Source: Octopus bimaculoides
Lineage: Eukaryota
DNA: 53,680 nucleotides
Direction of reading: 5' to 3'
Assembly: GCF_001194135.2 (NCBI RefSeq)
Contig: NC_068987.1
Location: 36,510,064-36,563,743 of the forward strand
Below are positions 1-12,429 of this stretch, piece after piece. Position numbers and translations under genes: made by a program. Position 1 is the stretch's first letter; the number at the start of each line of letters is the position of its first letter. The notes under the pieces are model-generated. The model saw only the letters and a program-made list of their open reading frames with translations. It ran no database searches and was not told the origin of the DNA.

Positions 1-19
1 AACACCGCAACTTTGGATG

Positions 20-260
20 ATCATAACTTTCAGAAAAATAGATATTTTTAATGAAATTGTCTACAAATATGTGTTATATCATGTAGACTCCGAATATACA
101 AAATTTGGCGCGGGGAGTGTCTTAGGAAGGGGTTGCGGTAGGGAATTTCGGAAAATTCACCGGAGTCCACATCATTTTGTTTTAACTTTCAAGAAAATGG
201 ATATTTTTTAATAAAATTCTCTACAAATATACCTCGGACAATGCAGATTCCGAAGCCATA
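20..260 (+). repeat. Fragment of an unclassified interspersed repeat with two ~160-bp-period subrepeats
   Basis: TAACTTTCAGAAAAATAGATATTTTTAATGAAATTGTCTACAAATA (24-69) recurs imperfectly at 183-229; a reverse-complement homologue lies at ~15770-15857. Confidence 0.5.
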
Positions 261-674
261 GGACTTTTGGGAAAAACAATTGGGGGCTATTTTTGAAAAC
301 CGTTCCCCACTCGCGGGTGTTTCTGCACAAGTCGTCCATATTTGTTTCATTTTCTCCGTTTTATCATAAACTATACAAGGTTTTGAAATGATGAACTACA
401 AATGATTATTCAATAAGAACTTGAAATAGAGATTGTTCGCCTCTGACCTAACGGAATCTCTACATTATACAACGCAGAGTTTATGAAACAAGATCCTTAA
501 ACCACCATACCAAGAGATATCAAGTTAAGACCCTGAAAACACTGCACCATTTTATAGTAAGTTTGCAATTGCAACGATTACTACTCGGTGCAATTGAAAC
601 ATGTGTTGGTCTTGAAAGGCAGTATATAATTTTTGCTACTTCGGAGTAATCCTTATTTTTGATATTGTCAATAT

Positions 675-677
<3 letters not shown>

Positions 678-752
<75 letters not shown>
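678..752. repeat. (TG)n microsatellite
   Basis: Direct reading. Confidence 0.98.
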
Positions 753-755
<3 letters not shown>

Positions 756-1518
756 AGTTAGGACTAATGGGTATATGTCAGTTAGTGTGCTGATGTGTTA
801 AGTAAAGCACTGGCACAGTTTGGGATACCTGGTCTCATCCGCAATTGAGGTATGTTTCTGTTGGGTCAACTTCAGTTGAGATAATAATCGATTAAGGAAA
901 CTGAAGATGAATTTGGTATCAGTCTTTAGTGTATACGACGACCGTTTCGACCCATCCTGCAACTGTCCCTTATGGATGGGATGCTGTGCATCATATTGTA
1001 TTGCATCAATTTTGCAGTCTAGGTCACATCAGGTAAATTCATACACAACGTGGTGTCACGCAAAAAATCTTGAGTTTGGGTGGTCATGTTGTTATTTGCC
1101 CGCATTTTGTTTGTCGCGCTAATGATTCTGCTTATTCACCGCCTTCCTTCGCCTCAGTAATAATCATGAAATAATTTGTTGTCTCTTTTCACACATATTT
1201 TTAAACGCCCTGTTGACCTTACATTGAAGTTTATTCTTTCAATCCCTTGTGGCTAATAAAACAAAATATTGTTGGTTTTGGCATTGTTTTTATTATTAGA
1301 TTAGTGAATAGAATTGCTGAAGCAGTTTGCGCTGTTTTGCTTTGTCCAAATTGTTGTTTTCAAATCTTGCAAGGCTCCTATTTATTAACCATAAACTAAC
1401 GGCAATTAAATATACAGCTGTCACATAATGAGAATGACTATATCTGTTGCACATATGTTTGCATATTTCGAAAATATTCTTTCCAGTGGTAGTAGTAAAT
1501 GTTGTTTTTAATTCCAGA

Positions 1519-1651
1519 GAAGAAGAAGCAGAAGAAGAAGAAGAAGAAGAAGAAGAAGAAGAAGAAGAAGAAGAAGAAGAAGAAGAAGAAGAAGAAGAAG
1601 AAGAAGAAGAAGAAGAAGAAGAAGAAGAAGAAGAAGAAGAAGAAGAAGAAG

Positions 1652-1680
<29 letters not shown>
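1519..1680. repeat. (GAA)n microsatellite, 50 pure units at 1531-1680
   Basis: Direct reading. Confidence 0.98.
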
Positions 1681-1682
<2 letters not shown>

Positions 1683-1741
1683 GGGAGGAGGAGTAAACAG
1701 ATATATATCTTGTTCTTGTCTCAATTATTAGATTACTTCGA

Positions 1742-2064
1742 CGCTAAAGTACCGGGTCGTAAACAAATAAACACCGGTTATCAGTCGGTGAAGGGAACAA
1801 AAATATAGACACGCACCCGCGTACACACACACAACCACACGCATGTATATTATATTTATATAGATAAACACAGACACAGACACAGGCACACACATAGATA
1901 TATGTGTGTACGTGTGTGTCTGCGTGTGTGTGTTCTAACTACTAAATCTACTCAATAAATTTAATTGATCCGAGGTTATACTACAAGAGACTTGCTCCAG
2001 ACGGCAACGTAGTGAAACTGAACTAGGAACCATGTAGTTTTGAAGTAAACATCCACACAGCCAT
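1742..2064 (-). mobile_element. Degenerate tRNA-derived SINE, family A
   Basis: 1938-2064 aligns to the reverse complement of the family A head (18090, 39315); 1742-1820 aligns to the family A tail; a CA/TG-rich tract lies between them. Confidence 0.65.
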
Positions 2065-2782
2065 CAAAACCGGTTCGTTAGAGAATATTCTCTGCCTGAA
2101 CACTTCACCCCTACGAACTGTATATATTAGAAATACAGAATTCAAGAAGTGAAGTAGCCAAACACCCAAATGAATTTAGTCTAACAAACTACTGGTTTTT
2201 CTCACTCTGCTGACTCAATACGAGAAAGAAAAAACATATTTATAAAATAACAAAACAGAATAAATCCAAAAAGTAAACAAAGTAAAAATAATCAGATCAA
2301 AAAGGTGAAAAATCCATTACGACGCATAGTGTTTCTCTATAAACGTTCCATTGTGTATTTTTCATTGTGGTTTTATAGATGTTTTAAAACGATCTCCAAT
2401 GTTTTATTGTCCACAAGGTGATGTATTTTACGTAATCAGTTAATTACCAACATAAGATCAAATCTTGTGTTTTTATAGCTTCCATTACGACTTTTCTGTT
2501 TAGTGTTAATATTTGGATGACTGTCTGGGTAGGCAGAATAATTGGTTAAGAGGACTGGTTTTTGATTCTTTTCTATTGTTATTTTATTTCGTTATATATT
2601 TATCAACAGATAGTTGATAGAGTCGAGGAGGTGGCAGGGCCGACTGTATATTTTCTGCTTTTATCAACACAGACACGCACACACACACACACACTCACAC
2701 ACGCACATACACATACACACACAAACACATAGGGAGGAAGGAGGTAGGGAGAACAAAAAAGTAGAGGAGGATGCTAGTTTTA

Positions 2783-2816
<34 letters not shown>

Positions 2817-3853
2817 CATATATATATATATGTATGTATATATATNNNNNNNNNNNNNNNNNNNNNNNNNNNNNNNNNNNNNNNNNNNNNNNNNNNNNNN
2901 NNNNNNNNNNNNNNNNNNNNNNNNNNNNNNNNNNNNNNNNNNNNNNNNNNNNNNNNNNNNNNNNNNNNNNNNNNNNNNNNNNNNNNNNNNNNNNNNNNNN
3001 NNNNNNNNNNNNNNNNNNNNNNNNNNNNNNNNNNNNNNNNNNNNNNNNNNNNNNNNNNNNNNNNNNNNNNNNNNNNNNNNNNNNNNNNNNNNNNNNNNNN
3101 NNNNNNNNNNNNNNNNNNNNNNNNNNNNNNNNNNNNNNNNNNNNNNNNNNNNNNNNNNNNNNNNNNNNNNNNNNNNNNNNNNNNNNNNNNNNNNNNNNNN
3201 NNNNNNNNNNNNNNNNNNNNNNNNNNNNNNNNNNNNNNNNNNNNNNNNNNNNNNNNNNNNNNNNNNNNNNNNNNNNNNNNNNNNNNNNNNNNNNNNNNNN
3301 NNNNNNNNNNAATGCAGGTGCATGTTTGACTATTTCACCACGAATGAAAGATTCACTCAACAACCTTTCATAAAGTTTACTGACAAAACTACGCCCAACT
3401 CTCTCCTATGCTGATGAGAGCTTATCCTGAAAAGAAAAATTATCACCTCAGAAACTTTCGTCCGCCTCAGCTTTCATCACTATAGCCACCAAAAGATGAC
3501 AATTTACTCTATTTGCAAAATAAGGAAAGTGTTTATTCAGTCATCGTGTCACAGTCGGTTGAAAGACAGATGTGACGCACTCTGCAGACCGGTGTTCGAA
3601 AAAAAAAATGCACAAACCATCAATGTTCGGAAATCGATCGTGTGTGTTCCGGACGGATTTGCCTACTTGGGTGTATATCGAACAAAATCACTTGCATGCG
3701 GCCCGTACGGTTACGCCTATAAATTTTAGCTTGAATGAAGCAATCTTCCCATAACTATTAAAACTTGTCCGTAATAGCCGGTCGTAAGATCATTGATACC
3801 ACGAGAATTGACGTCGTTATCGAGTCCTGAATCCACTCCCAAGTCTTCATCGC

Positions 3854-3965
3854 AGTGAGCTGGCAGAATGGGTAGTACGCCGGGAAAAATACTTAGCGGC
3901 ATTTTGTCCGTCATTACGTTTTGAGTTCAAATTCTGCTGAGGTCAACTGTGGCTTTCATTCTTTG
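3854..3965 (+). mobile_element. tRNA-derived SINE, family B, 5' part
   Basis: GTGAGCTGGCAGAA...TTGAGTTCAAATTC with A-box and B-box-like motifs; homologous to copies at 10283, 46268 and 51137. Confidence 0.8.
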
Positions 3966-4229
3966 TATTTCCTTTCCTTTTTATCATACAGATTCTCTTT
4001 ACTCAATGCCCTCCCATACTCTGGCGCTTGGAGTTAGTGACAGAGCAAAAAAGGAGAGATGGATATGTTCAATCACCGAAGTTGCAAAGAGAGCAAATAG
4101 GTGACTTTGGTTAAAAACAAGAAGTCGTATACTGTTGCTGCGCCTGTTTTCTATCCAAATGCTTTCAAGCCAATATTTACATATTGCTATTTAAAGTTAT
4201 GTGTGAACTCCGAGAAACAATTTCAAAGA

Positions 4230-4232
<3 letters not shown>

Positions 4233-4321
<89 letters not shown>

Positions 4322-4332
4322 CGCGCGCGCGT
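4233..4332. repeat. (TG)n followed by (CG)n alternating purine-pyrimidine tract
   Basis: Direct reading. Confidence 0.95.
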
Positions 4333-4825
4333 GTATATTCACAGCCAGATGAAAGAACTATCTTCATTTATATAGAAGATCGAAAATAAAATCACAGATG
4401 GGAAAAAAAAGAGAAACGAACACGAAATACAGCGAGAAAAATATTTAAATAACTGTTAACAAATATGGATGTGTAAACGCCCTCGGGCAAGCTGCATCAC
4501 GCAAGTACACTCGCTTATATAAGCATCCGCGAAAATGTAAACATACGCACACATGAGGTTTGGTGTACTCATGATCACAAATCAAGTTAACTATCAACTC
4601 GTTGTTTGTAAGAATGCCGGGGCTAAAAATAAACTTAAGTCATCCATAATTTAAAATAAAGTAAATTGTGTTAAGGATTACTTGAAATTCATTTCCGCTG
4701 CATTGTGCGAAAGTACATTTATGTGCGTGTATAGTCTTTCAGGAATTCTATTAATGATCTTCTCGTTAGTCCACAGAATATAGAAAGATTCCTTGGAGCA
4801 GAGACGGCATCTCCTGGAAATTATA

Positions 4826-5467
4826 TTATTCTTATACTCAGCCAGTGTTTCGGTCATTTGACTGTGGCCATGCTGGATCACCGCTTTCAGTCGAACAAAT
4901 CGACTCCAAAACTTTTGTAAGCCTAGTACTTCTTCTATAGGTCTTTTTTTCCGAACCGCTAGGTTACGGGCACGTAGGCACACCAATATCGGTTGTCAAA
5001 CGAATGGTAGGGGGTCAAACACAGACACCCAAATATATATATATATATANNNNNNNNNNNNNNNNNNNNNNNNNNNNNNNNNNNNNNNNNNNNNNNNNNN
5101 NNNNNNNNNNNNNNNNNNNNNNNNNNNNNNNNNNNNNNNNNNNNNNNNNNNNNNNNNNNNNNNNNNNNNNNNNNNNNNNNNNNNNNNNNNNNNNNNNNNN
5201 NNNNNNNNNNNNNNNNNNNNNNNNNNNNNNNNNNNNNNNNNNNNNNNNNNNNNNNNNNNNNNNNNNNNNNNNNNNNNNNNNNNNNNNNNNNNNNNNNNNN
5301 NNNNNNNNNNNNNNNNNNNNNNNNNNNNNNATATATATATATATATATACGACGTGCTTCATTCAGTTTCCGTCTACCAAATCCATTCAGAAGCCTTTGC
5401 TTGGCCCGAGGTTATAGCAGAATACTTGCCCAAGGTGCCATGCAGTGGGGCTGAACCTAGAACCATG
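4826..5467 (-). mobile_element. SINE family A, near full length, with an internal (TA)n tract spanning an N gap
   Basis: Tail at 4826-5035 and head at 5351-5467 (CAGTTTCCGTCTACCAAATCC...CTTGCCCAAGGTGCC) match the reverse complement of the 18090 and 39315 copies. Confidence 0.85.
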
Positions 5468-6665
5468 ATACTTTATACCTGGTAGTTTACTGGTGTAGCA
5501 CGGTCACTTTTACAGTGTTCGTTATGTATATGGTAAATGAGAGACGAAAGCTTGAAACTGGCGACACGGTTGCGATAACGATTCTTGAATGAATCAGTTA
5601 TTTGACCTATGTAAACATACGCCTCTTCCTTGTGTACAGGGTACATTTATACACAAGATTTGTACTCATACAGAGCTTCATCGCTGATCATCTTTATTTT
5701 TCTTTGCATGAGCATTTATTATATTTATTTGTATAAATGACAGTTCTCACTTCCTTTTCCGACGATTTTAGCGTGTTAGCTATATCACAATCATTTCTGC
5801 TAACACGATTTGGCCGTATTTGGTGCTTTTCATTGCGGTTTACATCTCCTTTGTTGGTATTTTGATATATATGCCTGCTAGTTCCAATACGTGGGTTATT
5901 GAAATGGTTTTTCATTTTGCTGTTTTTTATGCCGGCATATGCTGCTCTAAATTAATAGTGTTAGCGGAAAATGTACGGTGCACGTAATGAATTTGAGTAA
6001 CTATTAATATAATTTACCTTAAGGTGTGGATGAACCAAGTTTAGCTGTAACCTCCCCAATATTATAAACACCAAGCAGCTATTTAACTCGCTTTGTAAAC
6101 GTATGTCTACCAGACAACACGTGTGCGTCTCCTTACATCCTTGAAGATGCTTGTATGAGTGAGTGTACAACCATACAACCTACGCGAGGGCATTTATATA
6201 GCCATATCCGTTAACGGTTATTTTTAATACATTTTTCGCTGCATTGCATATTGGTTTTCTTTTTTGCATCTGTTATTTTATGTTTGATCTTCTATATAAA
6301 TGAAGCTATATACTTTCATTTGTTGTTTTTCTTTACACAAAATAAGAATTACACACTGTGAAACTGTTATTTTAACGAGTTATATTTATTTATCACAGGA
6401 AGAGACACATCTTCACCGTCAGATGTTGCTAAAGTTGATAAGTGTCCCACCCGTGAGGGATCGATGCTAGATATGTCAAAGAACTGTAGTGATTAATAAA
6501 AAAAATTCCCGTATCTGACATCTTTCGTCTCTTATTTACTATATATATAGTAGTCACAGGAAAGGAGGAATTTCGATTATACCCACGTGGTGAGTTGTAA
6601 TACGTATAAGAATTTAAACAAAAAAAAGGAAAATACACACACTTTACATAGTTTTAATATAATTT

Positions 6666-7520
6666 TTAATATATCGACCGGTTTCGCTTTCGCTATTCAT
6701 GATATTAAGGTTTACTTATTTGAATATGTATTTTCTTAAGAAGAAATGTTTGTCCATGTTGTGTGTGATGAGATTTACGAATGAATGACTTCACAAATAG
6801 AAAAATAAGGAGAGGTAATTGGTTATCATTATTATTCTTATTGCTGTGGGCAAGGGAGTTAACTGTTCAGCTTTCGGTAAGGGGAGGGGAATATATATAT
6901 ACACACACACATAAAAAGAGTTTCGAAGAACTTGTTTAGAGAGGGGATTTATGTACAGTGATGTAATCGTGAATTGAAATATGTAAAGAGATAAAAGTTG
7001 GTTACACGTGCATATTAAGACGTGTTCTGTATTTATCAATGAAAAAAGTTTCTTTATTTAAATGTTCTTGTAGGGAAATTGTGTCTTTGCACTGGTAGAA
7101 GGGGAAGATTGTGAAATTTTTCTATATGTTCACTGGGAGGAATTTGCCTATATTGCGTGAAACGAATTTGCTCTTTATGTAGAATGGTTCTCCGTCTCAA
7201 GATCAACTCGTCTGTCCAATATAGTTGTGTCTGCAACCCGAGCAGGTTATTACATAAATTAGGTTCTCAGAAGCAAAAGTGAAACTAGTTTTAATTGTGA
7301 ACCTCTGTCCTTGTTTGGAAAGGAAATCCGAGCATTCAAGTAAGTTGGAGCAGGTTCCACAGTTTGGGCGTCCACATTTTTAAACGTTGGTTTCGTGGTT
7401 GTTTTGTAAAACTTCACATTTGTTAGTAGTCTCTTTATCTATTTGTGTTGCTTTTTGCGTTTGATGAGTTAGTGCGTTTTCAGGATATCGTTCAATTTTG
7501 GATCTCTAATTAGTAGGATT
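6666..7520 (-). mobile_element. Penelope-like element 3' fragment; GIY-YIG endonuclease pseudogene
   Basis: Minus-strand translation KCGRPNCGTC (Cys motif, ~7350-7377) then SENLIYVITCSGCRHNYIGQT (LIY 7254-7262, YIG 7215-7223); stops and frameshifts present; hammerhead-like motif at the 3' end. Confidence 0.8.
6671..6705 (-). ncRNA. Minimal type I hammerhead-like motif with A3/U8 core variant
   Basis: Minus strand: ATATC-ATGAATA-GC(GAAA)GC-GAAA-CCGG-TC-GATAT, giving a 5-bp stem I, a 2-bp stem II with GNRA loop, a palindromic ACCGGT stem III and a GUC site. Confidence 0.6.
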
Positions 7521-8639
7521 ATCAATCCGGGAAAAATACCTCTTCAGCTCTCGGAAGCAAATACACTAGGCTAACAAAATGTTTATATTTTATTGGTATA
7601 GGACTCCAGGTAATGCTATGGCGAGATTCCTACAACAGTCGTGTTTGGAAATTCATGGTTCCATTTTCTTGTATATCATTGTTTTCACAGAATGATATAC
7701 AAGAAAAGGTGTGAATTGTAGACTTACAGCACTTTCTGATATGCATTTTAGGTGCGTTCATTATTCAGTTTACTTAATCAGTCGATTGATAGATTCAATA
7801 AGCGAACGACCGTTCAAAATACTATCGTCTTTGGAATCAGCACATCAAGCAACGATTGCACTTAAAATGCATATCAGAAACAGTTATAAGTCTACAATGC
7901 ACAAACAAATGTATGAAGCTCATTGTTCATGTCTTTTCGTTCACTCATTGGATTGTGGATATGCTGGGACACCACATTGCAGAGTTATAGCCGAACAAAT
8001 CGAGCCCAGTACTTCTGTTACTTTCTAAGTTTGGTACTTATTCTCTCTTTTGCTAAAGCGCGAATTTACAGGAACGTAAACGAACTGGTGGCCAAACAGT
8101 GTTGGGTGATAAACACAGATACACACACACGCACGCACGCACGCACGCAAACACACGCACACACACACACACATACTTGGATCTGCACTGGAGACTAGTT
8201 GCAAAGCCAGCTTCCAGATTGAAAGTTTCGGTTGATACCTGCAATTATTGGGGCCCCGGGATATGTAATACTCTCCCTAAATACCAATCTTGAGGAATTA
8301 GGCTTCTGAAAACAAGAAAGGAGAAAGCTAATTCGAAGACTACACATCCAATCCATCACTGGAACTGTAAAAATCTGTAAAACTTTCCTGAAGTTTGTTT
8401 ATCATTTGAATATGTATGAGCATGTGTGGGTATGCAAATATATACATGTGAATGCATACATAAAGCAAAACATTAAAAAATCTGCTCGCATACATACATA
8501 CGAAAATACCCTGTTGTTGATGTTTAAATTCTAATGCAGGAACCTTGAATCTAGGTTAGAAACCGGCACTTTCTCTTTTGGCAAGAATGCTTCAAATAAA
8601 ACTGATCAACGCCATGCATACATACATACATACATACAG

Positions 8640-9464
8640 ATTAGTCATGGTTCTGCATACGATATCATCTACGACAAGCTGCGATTCGCTAAAGTCTGTT
8701 CGAAAGGGATGCAAAAAGAGCATACCGAAATAAATAAAAGCAATATAGAGATCTATACTCGATCGCTACAACGATGAAACTGTAAAATGTTTTGGAGGGA
8801 ATCGCCACCGGAGATGACAACTGGCTTTATTACTTTGAGTCAGAATCCAAGCGTGCTGAGTATTTTATGGTGACCCCAGTGTCGTCAACGAAAAAGAAAC
8901 TCAGGACTCAGCCTCAGAGAAAGCGATGTTAACCGTTTGGGTGGCGGACGCAAAAGAGCCCATACAAGAACATTAGCTGAAAAAGGAGTCTGCAGTCTCT
9001 AGCGTAGGCTGTAGTGAAATACTGGCCAACGAACTGAAGTCAGCAATTGACGCCAAACGCCGGAGTGTGTTGTCAAAGCAAGTTTTCTTGTTTCACAATG
9101 TGCAGTCTCATATGGCCATTCACACTGTAGAAATCATCGAAAATTGGATTTCGTGTTGCTGGTACACCCTGCATACAGTCCAGATTTCACCCCTTTCAAC
9201 AATCACATCTTTGAACCTCCAGAACATGCCTTACGGTTTCATCAATTCTCTACGCACGAAGAAGTGCAGGAAGTAGTGAATACGTGGCTGTGTGACTTTC
9301 GAAAACTTTCTTCTCCGATGGAAGTAGCAAGTTTGTGCACCGCTGGAAGAAATGCAACAAAAAACTATGGCTCTGTTTGAAAAAATGATGTAAATGTTCA
9401 ACGCTCGCTTGTTTTGATAAATTACAGAAACAAAAGTGTGAATAATTTTTGGATTCCTCTTGTA
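8640..9464 (+). pseudogene. mariner-family transposase remnant, 5'-truncated, with 3' TIR-like end
   Basis: Translates across frameshifts to SHGSAYDIIYDKLRFAKV, IATGDDNW, LLVHPAYSPDFTP; ends TTTTGGATTCCTCTTGTA; the second and third catalytic Asp are lost or altered. Confidence 0.9.
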
Positions 9465-9844
9465 GCTAGAGGGATATTTTCGTCTGCTATAGGTCGTGCA
9501 GCTAAATAGAATTTTCCATACTACTTAAACATAAAGTAAGTAAATTTATTCGATATCAGACTTAACCCATATAATTATTTCAGTCGTTCGTTCAAGAGAA
9601 CTACCTCCCCTTTCTATTATACTGAAAGTGGAAGTGTATACCACGTGATAGCTAAACTGCAGTATCTTCTCGTTCTATAATAGCATAACTGTCTGAGTTT
9701 TCGTCGCATTACTGTAACGGAACCACCAATATATTTTCTTCGAGCGTCAGTAACTGAGTATTTCATTTATTCATAATTCGTAGCTGTATTTATTTTACAA
9801 TGAACATGACTGGCTGAAATAAATATCGGTTTCAAATTTTCGTA

Positions 9845-10025
9845 CAAGCCCAATAATTCTGAGAGAGGAGCTAAGTCGATTACATCGACCTCAGTGCTCG
9901 ACTGGTACTTATTTTATTGATCCGAAAGGATGAAAGGAAAAGCTGACCTCGGCTGAATTCGAACTCACATACGAAATGCCGCTAAGAATTTTGCCCGGCA
10001 TTCAAATTATTCTGACAGCTCATCC
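9845..10025 (-). mobile_element. SINE family B
   Basis: AAGTCGATTACATCGACC...CCGAAAGGATGAAAGG...GAATTCGAACTC...TCTGACAGCTCA is the reverse complement of family B. Confidence 0.85.
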
Positions 10026-10157
10026 CCTTAGCTCAAATAACTAACATATTTTGGATAGAACAGTCCCTAAAAACGTATTACTACGTGTAGCATTGTATAC
10101 ACCCAGAGCATACAGAAATGTTGAAACTGAAATAAAACATAGCGTCAATATGGATGT

Positions 10158-10258
10158 TTTCGGGGTCGATAAAATAAGTATTACTTGAAAACAGGGATCA
10201 CTGTTACCGACTTATCCCCTCTTCCGAACTTGTTGGCCTTGTGCCAAAATTTGAGATC
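10158..10258 (+). mobile_element. SINE family B, 3' fragment
   Basis: TTTCGGGGTCGATAAAATAAGTA...GGCCTTGTGCCAAAATTTG. Confidence 0.75.
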
Positions 10259-10282
10259 AGTATTAGAGGAGGGTAGATTTAA

Positions 10283-10490
10283 GGTCACGAGCTGACAGAA
10301 TCGTTGCCACACCAGGCAACATTGTTAGTGGTGTTTCGTTTGTCTTTACTCTCTGAGTTCAAATTCCACCGAGGTTGACTTTCATCCTTTTCTGGACGCT
10401 AAAATAAGTACCAGTTGAGTACTGTGTTCGTTGTAACCGCCTTCCATTCAATTGCGAACTTACTTGTCTTGCGCCAAAATTTGATAATAA
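10283..10490 (+). mobile_element. SINE family B
   Basis: GAGCTGACAGAATCGTT...CTGAGTTCAAATTCCACCGAGGTTGAC...AAAATAAGTACCAGTT. Confidence 0.8.
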
Positions 10491-11133
10491 TATTAGAGGT
10501 CGGTCCCCATCATAAACTTAAAAGACTTCTAACACAAACTGAAGAAAGTTATAAATTTATTTTCAATACATTTTATTAATGGTTTTGTATGTAGAAGGTG
10601 ACTGTTGTTATAGCTGCAAATTGACTACACGATTGGCATGGGCCGTATTCTGAACGAAGGACTACGTGCTTGTATTTCGACAAACTAACGGTGATGAGAG
10701 AACGAGAGTCGAGTTCAATCAAGTAAGCCTGATTGAAGGTGTCAAGAGGTCAACCAGTGCTGGGAGCAGTGGTCACTAAAATTGATGTAGAAAAGGTAGC
10801 GTATAAAGACTGTATGTTTGTAGCTGAGTTGGTAGTAGTGATTAAATTGATCAACAGAAGGAAAGAACTAATTGAAATGAAATGAGGCAAACAGAGACAA
10901 ACAAGCTGATATTCAGATTAACAAAATTACTGACATATTGCCTGCAGCAGTTGAATCTCTAAACAGCAAACTCTGATGGCACAAGGTTAAGCAATTGATT
11001 GAAAGCAATTAGCAAGTTGGAACATTCGAGAATAATATGTTTATAGCTTAATAGATTTTGTTGGCCGTCATTTGCCTTTATCTAATTTGAACATTTGCAC
11101 AAATATATATGCATAGACATTCATACACACAGG

Positions 11134-11169
<36 letters not shown>

Positions 11170-11780
11170 AATATATTCATGTATTTGTATATTAATGTGT
11201 GTGTGAACGCGCGTGCGTACGTATGCATTGCATATAACCGATATGTGTATATATATATTGTAGATATATATATATATATATANNNNNNNNNNNNNNNNNN
11301 NNNNNNNNNNNNNNNNNNNNNNNNNNNNNNNNNNNNNNNNNNNNNNNNNNNNNNNNNNNNNNNNNNNNNNNNNNNNNNNNNNNNNNNNNNNNNNNNNNNN
11401 NNNNNNNNNNNNNNNNNNNNNNNNNNNNNNNNNNNNNNNNNNNNNNNNNNNNNNNNNNNNNNNNNNNNNNNNNNNNNNNNNNNNNNNNNNNNNNNNNNNN
11501 NNNNNNNNNNNNNNNNNNNNNNNNNNNNNNNNNNNNNNNNNNNNNNNNNNNNNNNNNNNNNNNNNNNNNNNNNNNNNNNNNNNNNNNNNNNNNNNNNNNN
11601 NNNNNNNNNNNNNNNNNNNNNNNNNNNNNNNNNNNNNNNNNNNNNNNNNNNNNNNNNNNNNNNNNNNNNNNNNNNNNNNNNNNNNNNNNNNNNNNNNNNN
11701 NNNNNNNNNNNNNNNNNNNNNNNNNNNNNNNNNNNNNNNNNNNNNNNNNNNNNNNNNNNNNNNNNNNNNNNNNNNNNNNN

Positions 11781-11891
11781 AGAAGAAGAAGAAGAAGAAG
11801 AAGAAGAAGAAGAAGAAGAAGAAGAAGAAGAAGAAGAAGAAGAAGAAGAAGAAGAAGAAGAAGAAGAAGAAGAAGAAGAAGAAGAAGAAGA
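11781..11891. repeat. (GAA)n microsatellite running into an N gap
   Basis: Direct reading. Confidence 0.97.
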
Positions 11892-12361
11892 ATGCGGGAG
11901 TGGTATGACAGTAGCAGGATGTTTGTGGAATCCTCTTAAATGGTGAAATGACCTAAAAGTGACCCGTTGTGGTTGCAATTGTAGTGACTGGAATTGTTCT
12001 GAATAAAATTCATGTGAAGTGAGTAGTTTGAATATGTCGTTTCCAATATTTGCGTGGGTGTTATTTTAAGGTACTATTGATAGTGTTATTTCAAATGGGG
12101 TTTATATTTTGTGATAAAGACTGACTCTTTGCTATTGTGCCGACTACAGGTTGTATCACCCCTGAATTTGTAAAGGGTAAAATTCTGAAGCTGGGTTGTT
12201 TGTTGTTGGCGCAAATGTGGATGTGTTCGCTGAATGCTATTTTTCTGTTTTTCGGAACTTTGATCTGAGATCTGTGCAGAGCCATCTTTTGACGTAGACT
12301 GTTTTTGGTTTGGCCTATGTATGTATGTATGTATGTATGTATGTATGTATGTATGTATGTA

Positions 12362-12426
<65 letters not shown>

Positions 12427-12429
<3 letters not shown>

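Noticed and set aside
1296-1731. Poly-Ser, poly-Glu and poly-Lys ORFs
   Set aside because: All are readings of the (GAA)n microsatellite with no flanking protein-like sequence; the same applies at 11095-11978.
2380-2480. Possible second GIY-YIG remnant on the minus strand (LI..VI..PCGQ*NIG)
   Set aside because: It needs several frameshifts to read and is too degenerate to support without a profile search.
2614-3414. Long ORFs made mostly of X (also near 5004, 16768, 21766, 46991 and 49139)
   Set aside because: They stay open only because N gaps and dinucleotide repeats contain no stop codons.
3406-3440. Canonical CTGATGA hammerhead core followed by GAAA
   Set aside because: Stem II is mismatched, and there is no stem III, UH site or stem I partner.
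5650-5915. Possible decayed PLE end with hammerhead on the minus strand
   Set aside because: Both the core (GCGATGA) and the GAAA are mutated, and the protein similarity is only impressionistic.
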